Part shown: positions 30,001 through 39,094 of the stretch, in pieces | Layout of the letters: each line of letters starts with the position of its first letter | Numbering within the stretch: the stretch's first letter is position 1 | Origin: a plasmid | Sequence record: NZ_CP118990.1 | DNA length: 64,000 bases | Strand: one strand, 5' to 3' | Notes under the pieces: generated by a model | The model's input: the letters and a program-made list of their open reading frames with translations, nothing else | What the model was told of the DNA's origin: nothing | Database searches by the model: none | Position numbers and translations under genes: made by a program

Positions 30001-32000
30001 TGGTGCCGGTGGTAGAGGTAGCTGGCGACACAGCCATCGACACCCAGGCGCTGCCGGTGCGGGTGAAGATCCAGGATCAGTACAAGCCGAACGAGGCGTT
30101 TGACGCGACCGCGATGGGGACCTGGAAGGTCAGGTTGATCCGTCAGATGGCGTACAACAAGACCGAGGTGCTGACCGACTTTGCCAACGCGCCGAACGGT
30201 GAGGCGAGCTTTGCGGTGGATCTGTCAAAAGTGGACACGACCTCGGTGCGGATCGTGGCTGAGGCGGAGCTGGTCTCGCCGTTTGAAGGGTACACCCGGA
30301 CAGTGCAGTCCACGCGGCCTGCGTTCCTGACTGTGCTGCGGGGCGGAGCTATCGGGGCGGAAGTTGACGCCCGTCGGCTGTCGGGCGAGGCGCCGTTCAC
30401 GGCGGTGTTCAAGCTGGCGCTGAATGACCGTCAGGACTACCGGGCGACCGGGGACGTGGTGTGGGATGTCAGCAGCGACGGCGGGGCGACCTGGGAGAGC
30501 TCCACGCCTGAGGAGCGCTACAAGTACCAGATGGTGAAAGTGTTCGAGAAGGGGACCTACAAGGTGCGGGCCAAGGTGATCAACCGCAACTCCAGCGCCG
30601 CGGCGTATACCGAAGTGGTGGACGTGATCGCTTATGACAAGCCGAAGCTGGAAGTGAAGGGGCCGCAAACCCTGTTTGTGGGCAGTGAGGGCACGTTCTC
30701 GACCCGGCTGACGGTGAAGGATGAGGAGATCGGTGCAGATAACGCTGTGGTGGAGTGGTCAACCGATGGTGGGAAGACCTACGACAAGCAGGGCCCGACG
30801 CTGACGCTGAGCAGCGACAAGGACACCCGGATCAAGCTGTGGGCACGGGTGCGCTCCGGGGATGCCCCTGCGGACGATGAGTATGCCTACCGGGTGGCGA
30901 AGACGGCGGTGGAGTTCCGGGTAGTGAAACCGCCACGGCCGTATGTGTCGGGGCCGTCGGTGATCGAGACGGGCAAGACCTACACCTTCAAGGCGACGAA
31001 CAGCCTGCCGTACAAGGGGATGGATGTGCAGGTGAAGGGGGTCTTCGTTCTGCCGAACGGGCAGCGGGTGGACGGTGACACGGCGCAGTACACGCCGAGC
31101 GCGGAGGATCTGACCAGGGAGCGGGTAGAAACCAGCTACACCGCCTGGATAGAAGGGTTCCGGGAGCAAGGGGCAGAAGCGACACACTCGATGTACTCTC
31201 GCGTCTGGGAATACGTGTGGCCGCGGTTCGGGATGCAGGTGCGCAGGACGGCGAACGTGGCGCCCGCGGCGATCACCATGACGGCACGGCCAATCGGGTT
31301 CTCGGGCAAGCTGGACGAGGCGGTCTACGAGTGGACGTTGCCGGAAGGCGCGACCATTGAAGATCAGAAGCAACCGGCTGTGCGGGTGTTCACAATGGGC
31401 CGTGCGGGCGAATACCTGGTGAAGCTCACGGTGCGGGATGCTCGGGGCAACGAGACGGTCCTGGAAGAGCCGGTGAAGTTGGGTGAAGCCGAGCAGTACG
31501 TGATCGACCTGCAATACTCCGGCTCGAATGCCAACGATCGGGAGCCGCTGGATGTGCTGTTGCGGCCGTACATCTCGGGCGGTCACCCGCGAGACCGGAT
31601 CCAGACCAGGCAGTATACGGTGGACGGCAAGCCACTGGAGAGCGCGGGGTTCTATGGTCGCACGACGTTGCAGGCAGGTGAGCACCAGATCATGCTCAAG
31701 GCGACGTCGGAGATGGGCAAGAATGTCGAGGGCAAGCTGATGCTCAAGGTGGCGGAGAACAAGCTGCCGACGTGCACGGTGCGCAGTCGGGAGACGATCG
31801 GTTCGTGGATTGTGTACGCGGGCTGCGAGGACTCGGATGGCCGGATGAAGTCCTATCAATGGACGGTCGGGGGTGAGGTGCAGGCCATCACAGCGGACCG
31901 TCTGACGATCAGCAAGGGCAAGAGCGGTGTGATGCCGCCGATAACGCTGGTCGGGGTGGATGACTCCGGTGGTAAGTCGGAGTCAGTATCCCTGAACTGA
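27093..32000 (+). CDS. giant (1635 aa or longer) Ig-like/BIG-domain surface protein, 5' end apparently disrupted by the ISAs1 insertion
   Basis: Long ORF rich in T, V, G, S and D with repetitive beta-sandwich-like segments. The reading frame stays open upstream of the first ATG right back to the IS end, reading ...DGQLYGTGKVTYYNAEMKAML. Confidence 0.5.
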   Translation: MKAMLGSGSVGSGANLAYPNGVQSQHRLLFNVKDRAGNSSTKQFEFYNNSACGSEEPTLVAIEDPTYSGAYLGLSAFQGFRQTSGSTPINKNPLKAVYRIPRSQYRGLPEGAIFGGLPAGITDRGLAHTDSQYAYVVVEGPAGPDGTFNWTNYGWTNNSTWRCSPLRVPNPQFTSETIPPDWKSISAYVDGVGWVGSSYGAPGTKPKPPRDTKISQIKVSLEPRVYTQTVSMYGSSCEVAPNQSECTMAVNIPFNQTGTASYYHTRPAAQHKNIPGLLSQFSHVWEWDAEDPHIQELVSRDDQNKIVTFTAFEGHTGATWGRVKLAAAGLVAKKNGVDVESFSATSINTSGNDSTVVVSYKGLADGVYDIYGWVNDAYGNRSETKFFTITNDNTPPSIAITIPSGNNVESLDNILIDVTDGMTAKPTVTMVNLKGGPASDDVYLTVRAVSDTRFKLEYPVMFPSLKAGESYTLSIEAKDAQQNTAKASAQFEYKPQQVTLADGMDGKVMIPAVTQEFTHADGSKIIETKPLTLNDGSTVTGSYDVFATLRSDAKVPLVVNGVRIEPGQTMGIMSQHNFGASGGRLSLSVKPAVADVIGTSGLLVMTAAPNSPILVLDVTTWKPTAKLSAESWTVRQVIDPVKIFALPDAGVPCRFTSKEDEAKRSDPIRDPVCLLQWDRTPDEAEQSTQETEGLKLAGLVGQAVSLGEQPVEYSLYLFSGDGSKVKVGGGNRNLTVTTAYGSVGYTPGPELAQVNRIIESFDVRMSQNLGPACSMTLSADQAKKDAANKASGSISRTCLFEWQAIPDGLMQDQSTTTPGLSGTLADKKAHPVGWRVSTYSKNGTRVTLNDQTFTIDAIDPPVPTVDLSSKYKFRDNIYMVPMQGDYLGDATITAERADLDVAIMRNTDTLESETFTPGWGANTKVYRRLNTDQRALWEETTYKVKAAYNKVPEVKTEAVYRAVSVPSYNLVPVVEVAGDTAIDTQALPVRVKIQDQYKPNEAFDATAMGTWKVRLIRQMAYNKTEVLTDFANAPNGEASFAVDLSKVDTTSVRIVAEAELVSPFEGYTRTVQSTRPAFLTVLRGGAIGAEVDARRLSGEAPFTAVFKLALNDRQDYRATGDVVWDVSSDGGATWESSTPEERYKYQMVKVFEKGTYKVRAKVINRNSSAAAYTEVVDVIAYDKPKLEVKGPQTLFVGSEGTFSTRLTVKDEEIGADNAVVEWSTDGGKTYDKQGPTLTLSSDKDTRIKLWARVRSGDAPADDEYAYRVAKTAVEFRVVKPPRPYVSGPSVIETGKTYTFKATNSLPYKGMDVQVKGVFVLPNGQRVDGDTAQYTPSAEDLTRERVETSYTAWIEGFREQGAEATHSMYSRVWEYVWPRFGMQVRRTANVAPAAITMTARPIGFSGKLDEAVYEWTLPEGATIEDQKQPAVRVFTMGRAGEYLVKLTVRDARGNETVLEEPVKLGEAEQYVIDLQYSGSNANDREPLDVLLRPYISGGHPRDRIQTRQYTVDGKPLESAGFYGRTTLQAGEHQIMLKATSEMGKNVEGKLMLKVAENKLPTCTVRSRETIGSWIVYAGCEDSDGRMKSYQWTVGGEVQAITADRLTISKGKSGVMPPITLVGVDDSGGKSESVSLN

Positions 32001-32035
32001 GACACCAGCATAGCCATTCAAACACTTCCATTCGT

Positions 32036-32066
32036 AAGCCCGGTTAACTACCGGGCTTTTTTTTTT
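32036..32066 (+). terminator. rho-independent terminator after the giant surface-protein gene
   Basis: AAGCCCGGTTAACTACCGGGCTTTTTTTTTT. Confidence 0.8.
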
Positions 32067-32073
32067 ACGATAC

Positions 32074-32095
32074 CGCTGGATGTGACCAAAATGGG
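32074..32095 (+). promoter_or_regulatory. CTGG-N-CCAAAA box upstream of dsbC-like gene, related to the core of the six R modules
   Basis: CGCTGGATGTGACCAAAATGGG resembles the R-module core GCTGGTCGCCAAAAACAAACAGC. Confidence 0.3.
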
Positions 32096-32157
32096 CCGTT
32101 ACACAGTCGAGGCTATTTAATCCCCGCAGATACACTCCCAGCATCTAGGAGTTCGAC

Positions 32158-32883
32158 ATGGGGGTAAACATGCTTGGAAAAATTCTTGGGGGGCTGATGG
32201 TGCTAGGGGTCACAACCATCCCGGCTCCATTGGTTGCAGCCTCAAAGCTGGAAATTACAGATCCCAGGGCGGCCAAGATCAAGGAGATTGTGACCCTGCC
32301 CATCAAGGGGATCAGAGCAGTCGAGAGTGATGGTCAGATCGTCTTCATCTCAGACAACGGTAGGTTTGTCATTACAGGGCAGATTTACGATGTGTGGGGT
32401 AAAAAACCCCTCAGCTCGATGTCGGAAATGCGTGATGTCGCCGACCGCTTGCATCTCCAGGATATGGGAATGGATGTTGATAAGCTGAACACCATCTCGT
32501 TCGGGCATGGGCCAAAGGATGTGGTTCTGTTTGTCGATCCACGCTGCGGTGTCTGCCACAAGTTGATTGGTGAGGCCAAGCCATTGGCTGAGGAATACAC
32601 CTTCAAGATCGTCGTTATCCCTGCCCTAGGGGATGAATCAAACCAGCTTGCCAAAGCGCTGCACTGCGCGAAGGACAAAACCAATGCGCTGGATGCGCTC
32701 TTGAATAACACCCTGGGTGCTCTCCCGTCAAAATCGCCATGCGATCCCGCTCAATATGACCAGACCCTGATGACAGCCCACCTGATCGGTATTCAGGGGG
32801 TGCCTTTCGTCGTTGCACCCGATGGACGTGTAAGCAAGGGACGCCCTAATAACCTGAAAGCATGGTTGGAGAGTGCACAATGA
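32158..32883 (+). CDS. dsbC: DsbC-like thiol:disulfide interchange protein of the conjugative element (s054/dsbC-like)
   Basis: Signal peptide, the CGVCH thioredoxin-fold active site and DsbC/DsbG architecture. Located immediately upstream of traC, as in SXT/R391 and IncA/C elements. Confidence 0.75.
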   Translation: MGVNMLGKILGGLMVLGVTTIPAPLVAASKLEITDPRAAKIKEIVTLPIKGIRAVESDGQIVFISDNGRFVITGQIYDVWGKKPLSSMSEMRDVADRLHLQDMGMDVDKLNTISFGHGPKDVVLFVDPRCGVCHKLIGEAKPLAEEYTFKIVVIPALGDESNQLAKALHCAKDKTNALDALLNNTLGALPSKSPCDPAQYDQTLMTAHLIGIQGVPFVVAPDGRVSKGRPNNLKAWLESAQ

Positions 32884-35324
32884 TCGTGACCATCAAGAAG
32901 AAGCTCGACGGTGCGTTGATCCCGGAACATATGCGAGCCTCCGGAGTGATCCCTGTCCTGGCCTATAGCGAAGATGAACAGATATTCCTCATGGATGATC
33001 AGAGCGCCGGTTTCGGTTTTATCTGTGAGCCTCTGTGTGGGGCGGATGAAAAGGTGCAGGAGCGTATGAACGGCTTCCTGAATCAGGAGTACCCCTCCAA
33101 GACGACAATCCAGTTCCTGTTATTCAGATCCCCCGATATAAACCAAGAGATGTACCAGATGCAGGGGCTGCGTGACGGCTTCCGTCATAGCCTGCTGAGC
33201 TCCGTCATCCAAGAGCGAATCAGCTATCTCCAGCACCACACAACAGAAAGGATCATGGCGAGGACCAGCAAGGGCATCTACGACAACGGCCTGATCCAAG
33301 ACCTCAAATTGTTCGTTACGTGCAAAGTTCCCATCAAAGGCAACACCCCGAACGCGACTGAGCTCGCTGAGCTCGACCAATTGAAAACCAAGGTTGAGTC
33401 CTCTCTTCAAACGGTTGGCCTGCGGCCTAGGACAATGACCGCTGTGAACTATGTCCGAATCATGGGCACCCTTCTCAATTGGGGACCGGATGCTTCTTGG
33501 CGCCACGATGCCAGCCTATGGGAAACAGATAAGCCGATTTGTGAGCAACTCTTTGACTACGGTACAGACCTTGAAGTCAGTAAAAATGGCATTCGTTTGG
33601 GCGACTATCATGCCAAGGTGCTGTCAGCGAAGAAGCTACCGGATATTGCCTACTTTGGGGATGCGATCGCCTATGCAGGGGACCTGACGGGGGGTAACTC
33701 CAGCATCAAAGAGAACTACATCGTGGTTACCAACGTCTTCTTCCCCGAGGTGGAGAGCACCAAAAATACCCTTGAGCGCAAGAGGCAGTTTACGGTCAAC
33801 CAAGCTTACGGCCCGATGCTCAAGTTTGTCCCGGTCCTGGCAGACAAGAAGGAATCTTTTGACACGGTATATGAGTCCCTGAAAGAGGGGGCCAAACCGG
33901 TCAAGATAAGCTACTCCCTCGTGATTTTTGCCCCGACGAAGGAGAGAGTTGAATCGGCGGCAACAGCTGCACGGAGCATTTGGCGTGAGAGCCGTTTCGA
34001 GCTGATGGAAGATCGCTTTGTTGCCCTGCCGATATTCCTCAATAGCCTTCCGTTCTGCACCGACCGGGACGCAGTGCGTGATCTTTTCCGGTACAAGACC
34101 ATGACAAGCGAACAGGCAGCCGTCGTGCTACCGGTGTTTGGTGAGTGGAAAGGCACCGGCACATTTCATGCTGCTTTGATCTCCCGCAACGGGCAGCTCA
34201 TGAGCCTGTCGCTGCATGACAGTAACACCAACAAGAACCTTGTCATTGCCGCAGAGTCTGGTTCCGGCAAGTCGTTCCTGACCAACGAACTGATCTGCTC
34301 CTACCTCTCCGAGGGAGCTCAGGTGTGGGTTATTGACGCCGGTAAGTCCTATCAGAAAATGTCAGAGATGCTCAAGGGCGATTTTGTGCACTTTGAAGAG
34401 GGGACCCACGTTTGCCTCAACCCGTTTGAGCTGATCCAGAACTACGAGGATGAGGAGGATGCCATCGTGAGCCTGGTGTGCGCGATGGCTTCTTCCAAGG
34501 GGCTGTTGGTTGAGTGGCAAATCTCCGCACTGAAACAGGTGTTGTCCTCGATATGGGAAGAGAAGGGCACCGAGATGAAGGTGGACGACATCGCTGAGCG
34601 CTGCTTGGAGGGGGCGGATCAGCGCATGAAGGACGTGGGCCAGCAACTCTATGCCTTCACGTCAGGAGGTAGCTACGGCAAGTATTTCTCGCAGAAGAAC
34701 AACGTTTCTTTCCAGAACCAATTCACTGTGCTTGAGCTGGATGAGCTCCAGGGGCGAAAACACCTGCGGCAGGTAGTTCTGCTCCAGCTTATCTACCAGA
34801 TCCAACAAGAGGTGTTCCTAGGGGAGCGCAACCGCAAAAAAGTGGTGATCGTGGATGAGGCTTGGGACCTGCTGAAAGAGGGCGAAGTCTCGGTTTTCAT
34901 GGAACATGCCTACCGGAAATTCCGTAAATATGGTGGCAGCGTTGTCATCGCAACCCAGTCTATCAATGACCTGTATGAAAACGCAGTGGGACGGGCCATT
35001 GCTGAGAACTCAGCGAGCATGTACCTGCTCGGGCAGACAGAAGAGACCGTCGAATCAGTCAAACGAGCTGGTCGTCTGGCCCTCTCGGATGGCGGTTTCC
35101 ACACCCTCAAAACAGTTCACACCATTCAGGGTGTCTATTCAGAAATCTTCATCAAGTCGAAAGCCGGGATGGGCGTCGGCCGCCTGATCGTGGGTGACTT
35201 CCAGAAGCTTCTGTACTCGACAGACCCGGCGGATGTGAATGCCATCGATCAGTTCGTCAACCAAGGGCTCACTGTCCCAGACGCTATCAAAGCGGTGATG
35301 CAAGCCCGCCGACAAGCAGCATAA
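32880..35324 (+). CDS. traC: type-F conjugative transfer ATPase TraC (VirB4 family)
   Basis: About 815 aa. Walker A GSGKS (AAESGSGKSFLTNEL) and Walker B VVIVDEAWDLL. ORF called from 32862. ATG 32880 is preferred because it is preceded by GGAGAG. Confidence 0.85.
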   Translation: MIVTIKKKLDGALIPEHMRASGVIPVLAYSEDEQIFLMDDQSAGFGFICEPLCGADEKVQERMNGFLNQEYPSKTTIQFLLFRSPDINQEMYQMQGLRDGFRHSLLSSVIQERISYLQHHTTERIMARTSKGIYDNGLIQDLKLFVTCKVPIKGNTPNATELAELDQLKTKVESSLQTVGLRPRTMTAVNYVRIMGTLLNWGPDASWRHDASLWETDKPICEQLFDYGTDLEVSKNGIRLGDYHAKVLSAKKLPDIAYFGDAIAYAGDLTGGNSSIKENYIVVTNVFFPEVESTKNTLERKRQFTVNQAYGPMLKFVPVLADKKESFDTVYESLKEGAKPVKISYSLVIFAPTKERVESAATAARSIWRESRFELMEDRFVALPIFLNSLPFCTDRDAVRDLFRYKTMTSEQAAVVLPVFGEWKGTGTFHAALISRNGQLMSLSLHDSNTNKNLVIAAESGSGKSFLTNELICSYLSEGAQVWVIDAGKSYQKMSEMLKGDFVHFEEGTHVCLNPFELIQNYEDEEDAIVSLVCAMASSKGLLVEWQISALKQVLSSIWEEKGTEMKVDDIAERCLEGADQRMKDVGQQLYAFTSGGSYGKYFSQKNNVSFQNQFTVLELDELQGRKHLRQVVLLQLIYQIQQEVFLGERNRKKVVIVDEAWDLLKEGEVSVFMEHAYRKFRKYGGSVVIATQSINDLYENAVGRAIAENSASMYLLGQTEETVESVKRAGRLALSDGGFHTLKTVHTIQGVYSEIFIKSKAGMGVGRLIVGDFQKLLYSTDPADVNAIDQFVNQGLTVPDAIKAVMQARRQAA

Positions 35325-35337
35325 ACGAGAGAAGAGA

Positions 35338-35655
35338 ATGGACATCAAATCGATTGCAATCGCCGCGGTACTCGGTGCCGCTGGTGGCTTTAGTGGCAGC
35401 TATTACGTGCTGAATGAACAAACCTCGGCCATGCAAGAACGGCTGAACCAGTCTCCGCCCATCGTCGTCGTGGATTTCACCAAAGTTGCAGCCTCATATC
35501 CTGCTGGGGCCTCCGCAGAAGAGGTAGAGAAACTGATGGTCAAGACCAACGATGCGATCCTCAAACTCAAGGATGCGGGCTACTTGGTCCTCGATGCGGG
35601 ATCTGTGGTTGGTGCCCCTAGCGATGTCTACCTGCCGGAGGATTGGCTGAAATGA
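35338..35655 (+). CDS. small conjugative-transfer-associated protein (TrbI-like?) between traC and trhF
   Basis: 105 aa with an N-terminal hydrophobic segment. Its position is conserved in SXT/IncA/C-type tra clusters. The family assignment is uncertain. Confidence 0.35.
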   Translation: MDIKSIAIAAVLGAAGGFSGSYYVLNEQTSAMQERLNQSPPIVVVDFTKVAASYPAGASAEEVEKLMVKTNDAILKLKDAGYLVLDAGSVVGAPSDVYLPEDWLK

Positions 35656-36185
35656 TCCAATCCCCGAAGGACTGGCTAGTGAAGAAGAGGGAGTCATGGC
35701 CGCGTTTTGGTATGAAAGCTGCCCTTGTGCTGCTGGCTCTGCTGGTGACGGGCAATGGGTTCATGAGCAGGTACCGCATTGGTATCGACCCGCAGAATGA
35801 AAAATGTCTCCCTGGGTACACGGTGTATTTGATCGATTTGAATGATCGGTCACTTCAAAAGGGAGCGATTTACTCCTTCCACGCAAAGAATCTCCAACCG
35901 CTCTACAAAGACGGCACCCGTATGGTCAAGATCTTGGCCGGAATGCCTGGGGACGTAGTGGAAGTTGACCAGTCATGGAATACCACGGTGAACGGGGAGG
36001 TCGTCGGGGAGGGGCTCCAGCTCGCTCGTAGGCTGCATCTCAATGAGAGCCAGTTTTACGGTAAGCGGACACTGACGGAAGGACACTACTGGTTTATGGG
36101 GAAGAGCCCATTCAGTTTCGACTCACGCTATTGGGGGACGGTGAACGATGAGCAAATCATTGGTCGCGCTTATCCCCTCCTATAA
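35643..36185 (+). CDS. trhF: conjugative signal peptidase TrhF/TraF (S26 family-like)
   Basis: 180 aa with an N-terminal TM segment. S26-like. Lies between traC and traW. Confidence 0.65.
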   Translation: MAEMIQSPKDWLVKKRESWPRFGMKAALVLLALLVTGNGFMSRYRIGIDPQNEKCLPGYTVYLIDLNDRSLQKGAIYSFHAKNLQPLYKDGTRMVKILAGMPGDVVEVDQSWNTTVNGEVVGEGLQLARRLHLNESQFYGKRTLTEGHYWFMGKSPFSFDSRYWGTVNDEQIIGRAYPLL

Positions 36186-37413
36186 GAGGATTGCGGTAGC
36201 AGTGCTGCTTGCCACGTCAGGCAATGCTTTCTCTCAAAATGCAGTCTTGACGGAGGAAGACATCGCCTTGATCGAGCAAGGGAGGTCTATCTCCAAAAAA
36301 GCGTCAGAGCTCGATCTATCGTTGCCCTTGCAGAATCGGCACATGAGTGAGGCTCAGAACGAAGCGAAGGATTTTTTCAGCCAGCTCCAGTCAACCGATA
36401 AAACCCTGAAAGAGATGCAGCGTAAGCAAGCGGAGAAGGGGGTATATACCGACCATCGGATGCTCGTCTTTGCTTCGCTCTCTTTGGGTGAGCAGGGGCT
36501 TGATGATGTGCTCTCCGCCGTATCAGGCCAGTCTGATGCGGTGATTGTGTTCCGGGGCATTCCTGAGGGGATGAACCTCGGCCAAGGGGTCAAGGCCATT
36601 CAGGATCTTGCGGCCAAGAAGGACCCGGTGCCGAACATTATCATCAATCCCCAGTTGTTCAAGCTGCACAATGTTACGTCGGTACCGACCGTCATCATAC
36701 TTGACGGCGAGCAACTGTTGGGCCAGCAACCAAAGGTGGTGGCCCAGGTTTCCGGTCTGGCGGATCCATCTTGGCTGGCTCGGGAGGTCAAAAGTGGGGA
36801 GGTGGGGGATCTTGGCGTGAGGGGGCCCGTGGAGGAGATCAGCGAACCTGACCTCATAGACGTTGCCAAAGCACGTCTTGCCAAGATCGATTGGGCGGAG
36901 AAGAAGAAACAAGCCATTGAGCGGTTCTGGAGCAAGCAGAACTTCCATGAGCTGCCTAGGGCGACTAAGGCACGGACTCGTGAAGTGGACCCAAGTGTCG
37001 TGGTGACGAAGGATATTGCAGCTGCGGATGGGTCAGTGTTCGCTCGGGCCGGTGAAGTGATCAACCCCCTGTGCGATCTCCGCATGGAATGTCAGCCAGG
37101 GACTCGCCCTTTCACGCAGGCGGTAGTCGTCTTCGATCCACAGGACAAAAAGCAGATGGCTCTGCTGGCGAAAGCTCTGCCAAAAATAAGGCTGGAGCCT
37201 GGGGTTCAAAGAATCACCTTCATAGCCACGGCCCTTGATAAAGACAAGGGATGGGACTCCTACAAGAGTGTCTCTGACCAGATTAACTCGCCAATTTACC
37301 TGTTGACCCCGGATCTCATTTCCAGATTCGAGCTGGAGCATACCCCGACAGTCATCACAGCCAAGAACCGGATGTTCATTGTCCGCGAGCTCGTAGAGGA
37401 AGCTGATAAATGA
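36148..37413 (+). CDS. traW: type-F conjugative transfer pilus assembly protein TraW
   Basis: 421 aa with a signal peptide. Position and size match TraW. Confidence 0.7.
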   Translation: MSKSLVALIPSYKRIAVAVLLATSGNAFSQNAVLTEEDIALIEQGRSISKKASELDLSLPLQNRHMSEAQNEAKDFFSQLQSTDKTLKEMQRKQAEKGVYTDHRMLVFASLSLGEQGLDDVLSAVSGQSDAVIVFRGIPEGMNLGQGVKAIQDLAAKKDPVPNIIINPQLFKLHNVTSVPTVIILDGEQLLGQQPKVVAQVSGLADPSWLAREVKSGEVGDLGVRGPVEEISEPDLIDVAKARLAKIDWAEKKKQAIERFWSKQNFHELPRATKARTREVDPSVVVTKDIAAADGSVFARAGEVINPLCDLRMECQPGTRPFTQAVVVFDPQDKKQMALLAKALPKIRLEPGVQRITFIATALDKDKGWDSYKSVSDQINSPIYLLTPDLISRFELEHTPTVITAKNRMFIVRELVEEADK

Positions 37414-38081
37414 TTTTCGCCCCGGCTTTCCAACCAATTAAACATGTCGGCACAGGATCCTTTGTCGCAGCGGAGGTTCTGGCTCGCTGGTATGACGAAG
37501 GCCGGGTGGTTGCGCCATCCAATATCAAGGTACCTTTGAACTGGGGGCTGGTGGATATAGAGGTAGCAAGGTTCATTCAAAACAACTTGCCATTTGGTCG
37601 AGTTCAACATCGTGCTCTATTCATTAATGTCTCGGAGCAAACTCTCGGTACGGACAGTATTTTTCAGACATGGGCAGGGATTATTAACCGAATTGCCAAG
37701 GATCGGGATACCCGAATTGTCATTGAAATTACAGAGGGCGTACAGGATACGTCTTTAGCCGAGAGATGGGATGCACTAGCAAATTTGGGGGGAGAGTTTG
37801 CACTCGATGATTACGGTGATAAGCACTCGTCCATGGCGAGGCTGAGTCAATACGTTTGGCATTATTGCAAGTTTGACGCAAGCAGGCTCCATTCTTTGGT
37901 GGACTATCCAGCAATTCAATATTGCCGCGAAAATGGAATTCAGCTGATTGCTGAGCAAATTGAAACTCCCCTCCAGGAAGAACGTGCCAAATTATTTGGG
38001 CTGTTGTTGCAGCAAGGTTTCTATCACGGGAAACCGACAGCTTTGGACGAATATATGAATTGCGTAAAGGCCTTATCATGA
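37410..38081 (+). CDS. EAL-domain-like protein (possible c-di-GMP phosphodiesterase-like, short) inserted between traW and traU
   Basis: EVLARW is the EAL signature. DDYGDKHSSMARLSQY matches DDFGTGYSSLSYL. KFDASRL resembles KIDRSF. LIAEQIETPLQ resembles VAEGVET. QQGFYHGKP resembles GQGYLFGRP. The ATG overlaps the traW stop as GATAAATGA. Confidence 0.55.
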   Translation: MIFAPAFQPIKHVGTGSFVAAEVLARWYDEGRVVAPSNIKVPLNWGLVDIEVARFIQNNLPFGRVQHRALFINVSEQTLGTDSIFQTWAGIINRIAKDRDTRIVIEITEGVQDTSLAERWDALANLGGEFALDDYGDKHSSMARLSQYVWHYCKFDASRLHSLVDYPAIQYCRENGIQLIAEQIETPLQEERAKLFGLLLQQGFYHGKPTALDEYMNCVKALS

Positions 38082-39085
38082 TTACGAAAATCTTGAGAGT
38101 TATTGCCGTGAGTGCAGCGCTTTGGGGCGGTTCTGTCGCCGCCGACCCAGGATGCCAAAATGCCGATGTGATTAGTGGGAAGCTAATCACAGATGTCTGC
38201 TGGAGCTGCATTTTCCCTATCAAAATTGCAGGTGTCCCGATCAGTGGTCCTGGTGGGAGTTATCCCGATGACTCAGCCAAGAATCCGCTGTGTTTGTGCA
38301 ACGACAACTTGGGAGTCCCCCGACCGGGGGTAACCACCTCGATGTGGGAGCCAGCGAGACTCATCGAGTTCCAACGGGTACCGGGTTGCTCATCGGTTCT
38401 TAATGGCATGAGATTCCCATTTGACAGGACCAACCAGGGACACCACGGGGAAGGGGATATGGATGGTGGGGATGGGTCGTTCATGCACTACCACTACTAC
38501 GCCTTCCCGTTGCTGACGATGCTGGATCTCTTCGTCAAGCAAGCCTGTAATCCAGATGGTTACATGGACCTGGACATCATGTACCTCTCCGAACTGGACC
38601 CTACCTGGAACAACGATGAGTTGGCCTTCTTTACTAACCCTGAGGCGGCCCTGGTTGCGAACCCCGTTGCGGCAATGGCCTGTACCGCTGATGCAGTGTC
38701 ATCCACAGCGGGCAAGCCATTAAAGCAGATGTTCTGGTGCGCGGGCTCCTGGGGGACTCTGTACCCGCTGAGCGGTAACCAGAACGGAGGGAAGGGGGTG
38801 ATCAGGGATAGTTCTTTGCTGAGCGCTAGGGTGCTCACGGCGCTTCACCGCCGCGGCCTTGCATGGAAGACCATGGGAGATGAGGCGATGTGTCGGGGGG
38901 TGATTAGCCCGACGATGCCTAAGACACAGTATAAGTTCACGTTGTTGCATCCCGTGCCAGAGACAGATTCATCCCACGTCATCGGCGAATCTGCATTGAC
39001 TTGGGGCCTTTCCAAAACGATCCCAGCAATAGGTCAAGACCCAATCTATACCATCTGGCGATGGAACGACTGCTGCAACAGGTAA
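38060..39085 (+). CDS. traU: type-F conjugative transfer protein TraU
   Basis: Signal peptide and the conserved CWSCIFPI and cysteine pattern of TraU. Confidence 0.85.
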   Translation: MRKGLIMITKILRVIAVSAALWGGSVAADPGCQNADVISGKLITDVCWSCIFPIKIAGVPISGPGGSYPDDSAKNPLCLCNDNLGVPRPGVTTSMWEPARLIEFQRVPGCSSVLNGMRFPFDRTNQGHHGEGDMDGGDGSFMHYHYYAFPLLTMLDLFVKQACNPDGYMDLDIMYLSELDPTWNNDELAFFTNPEAALVANPVAAMACTADAVSSTAGKPLKQMFWCAGSWGTLYPLSGNQNGGKGVIRDSSLLSARVLTALHRRGLAWKTMGDEAMCRGVISPTMPKTQYKFTLLHPVPETDSSHVIGESALTWGLSKTIPAIGQDPIYTIWRWNDCCNR

Positions 39086-39094
39086 GGACGTGAT

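Noticed and set aside
30759-31859. 366-aa antisense ORF inside the giant Ig-like protein gene, plus several others at 28554-31740
   Set aside because: Arg/Pro/His-rich translations typical of antisense frames in high-GC coding DNA. The sense-strand ORF is continuous and much longer.
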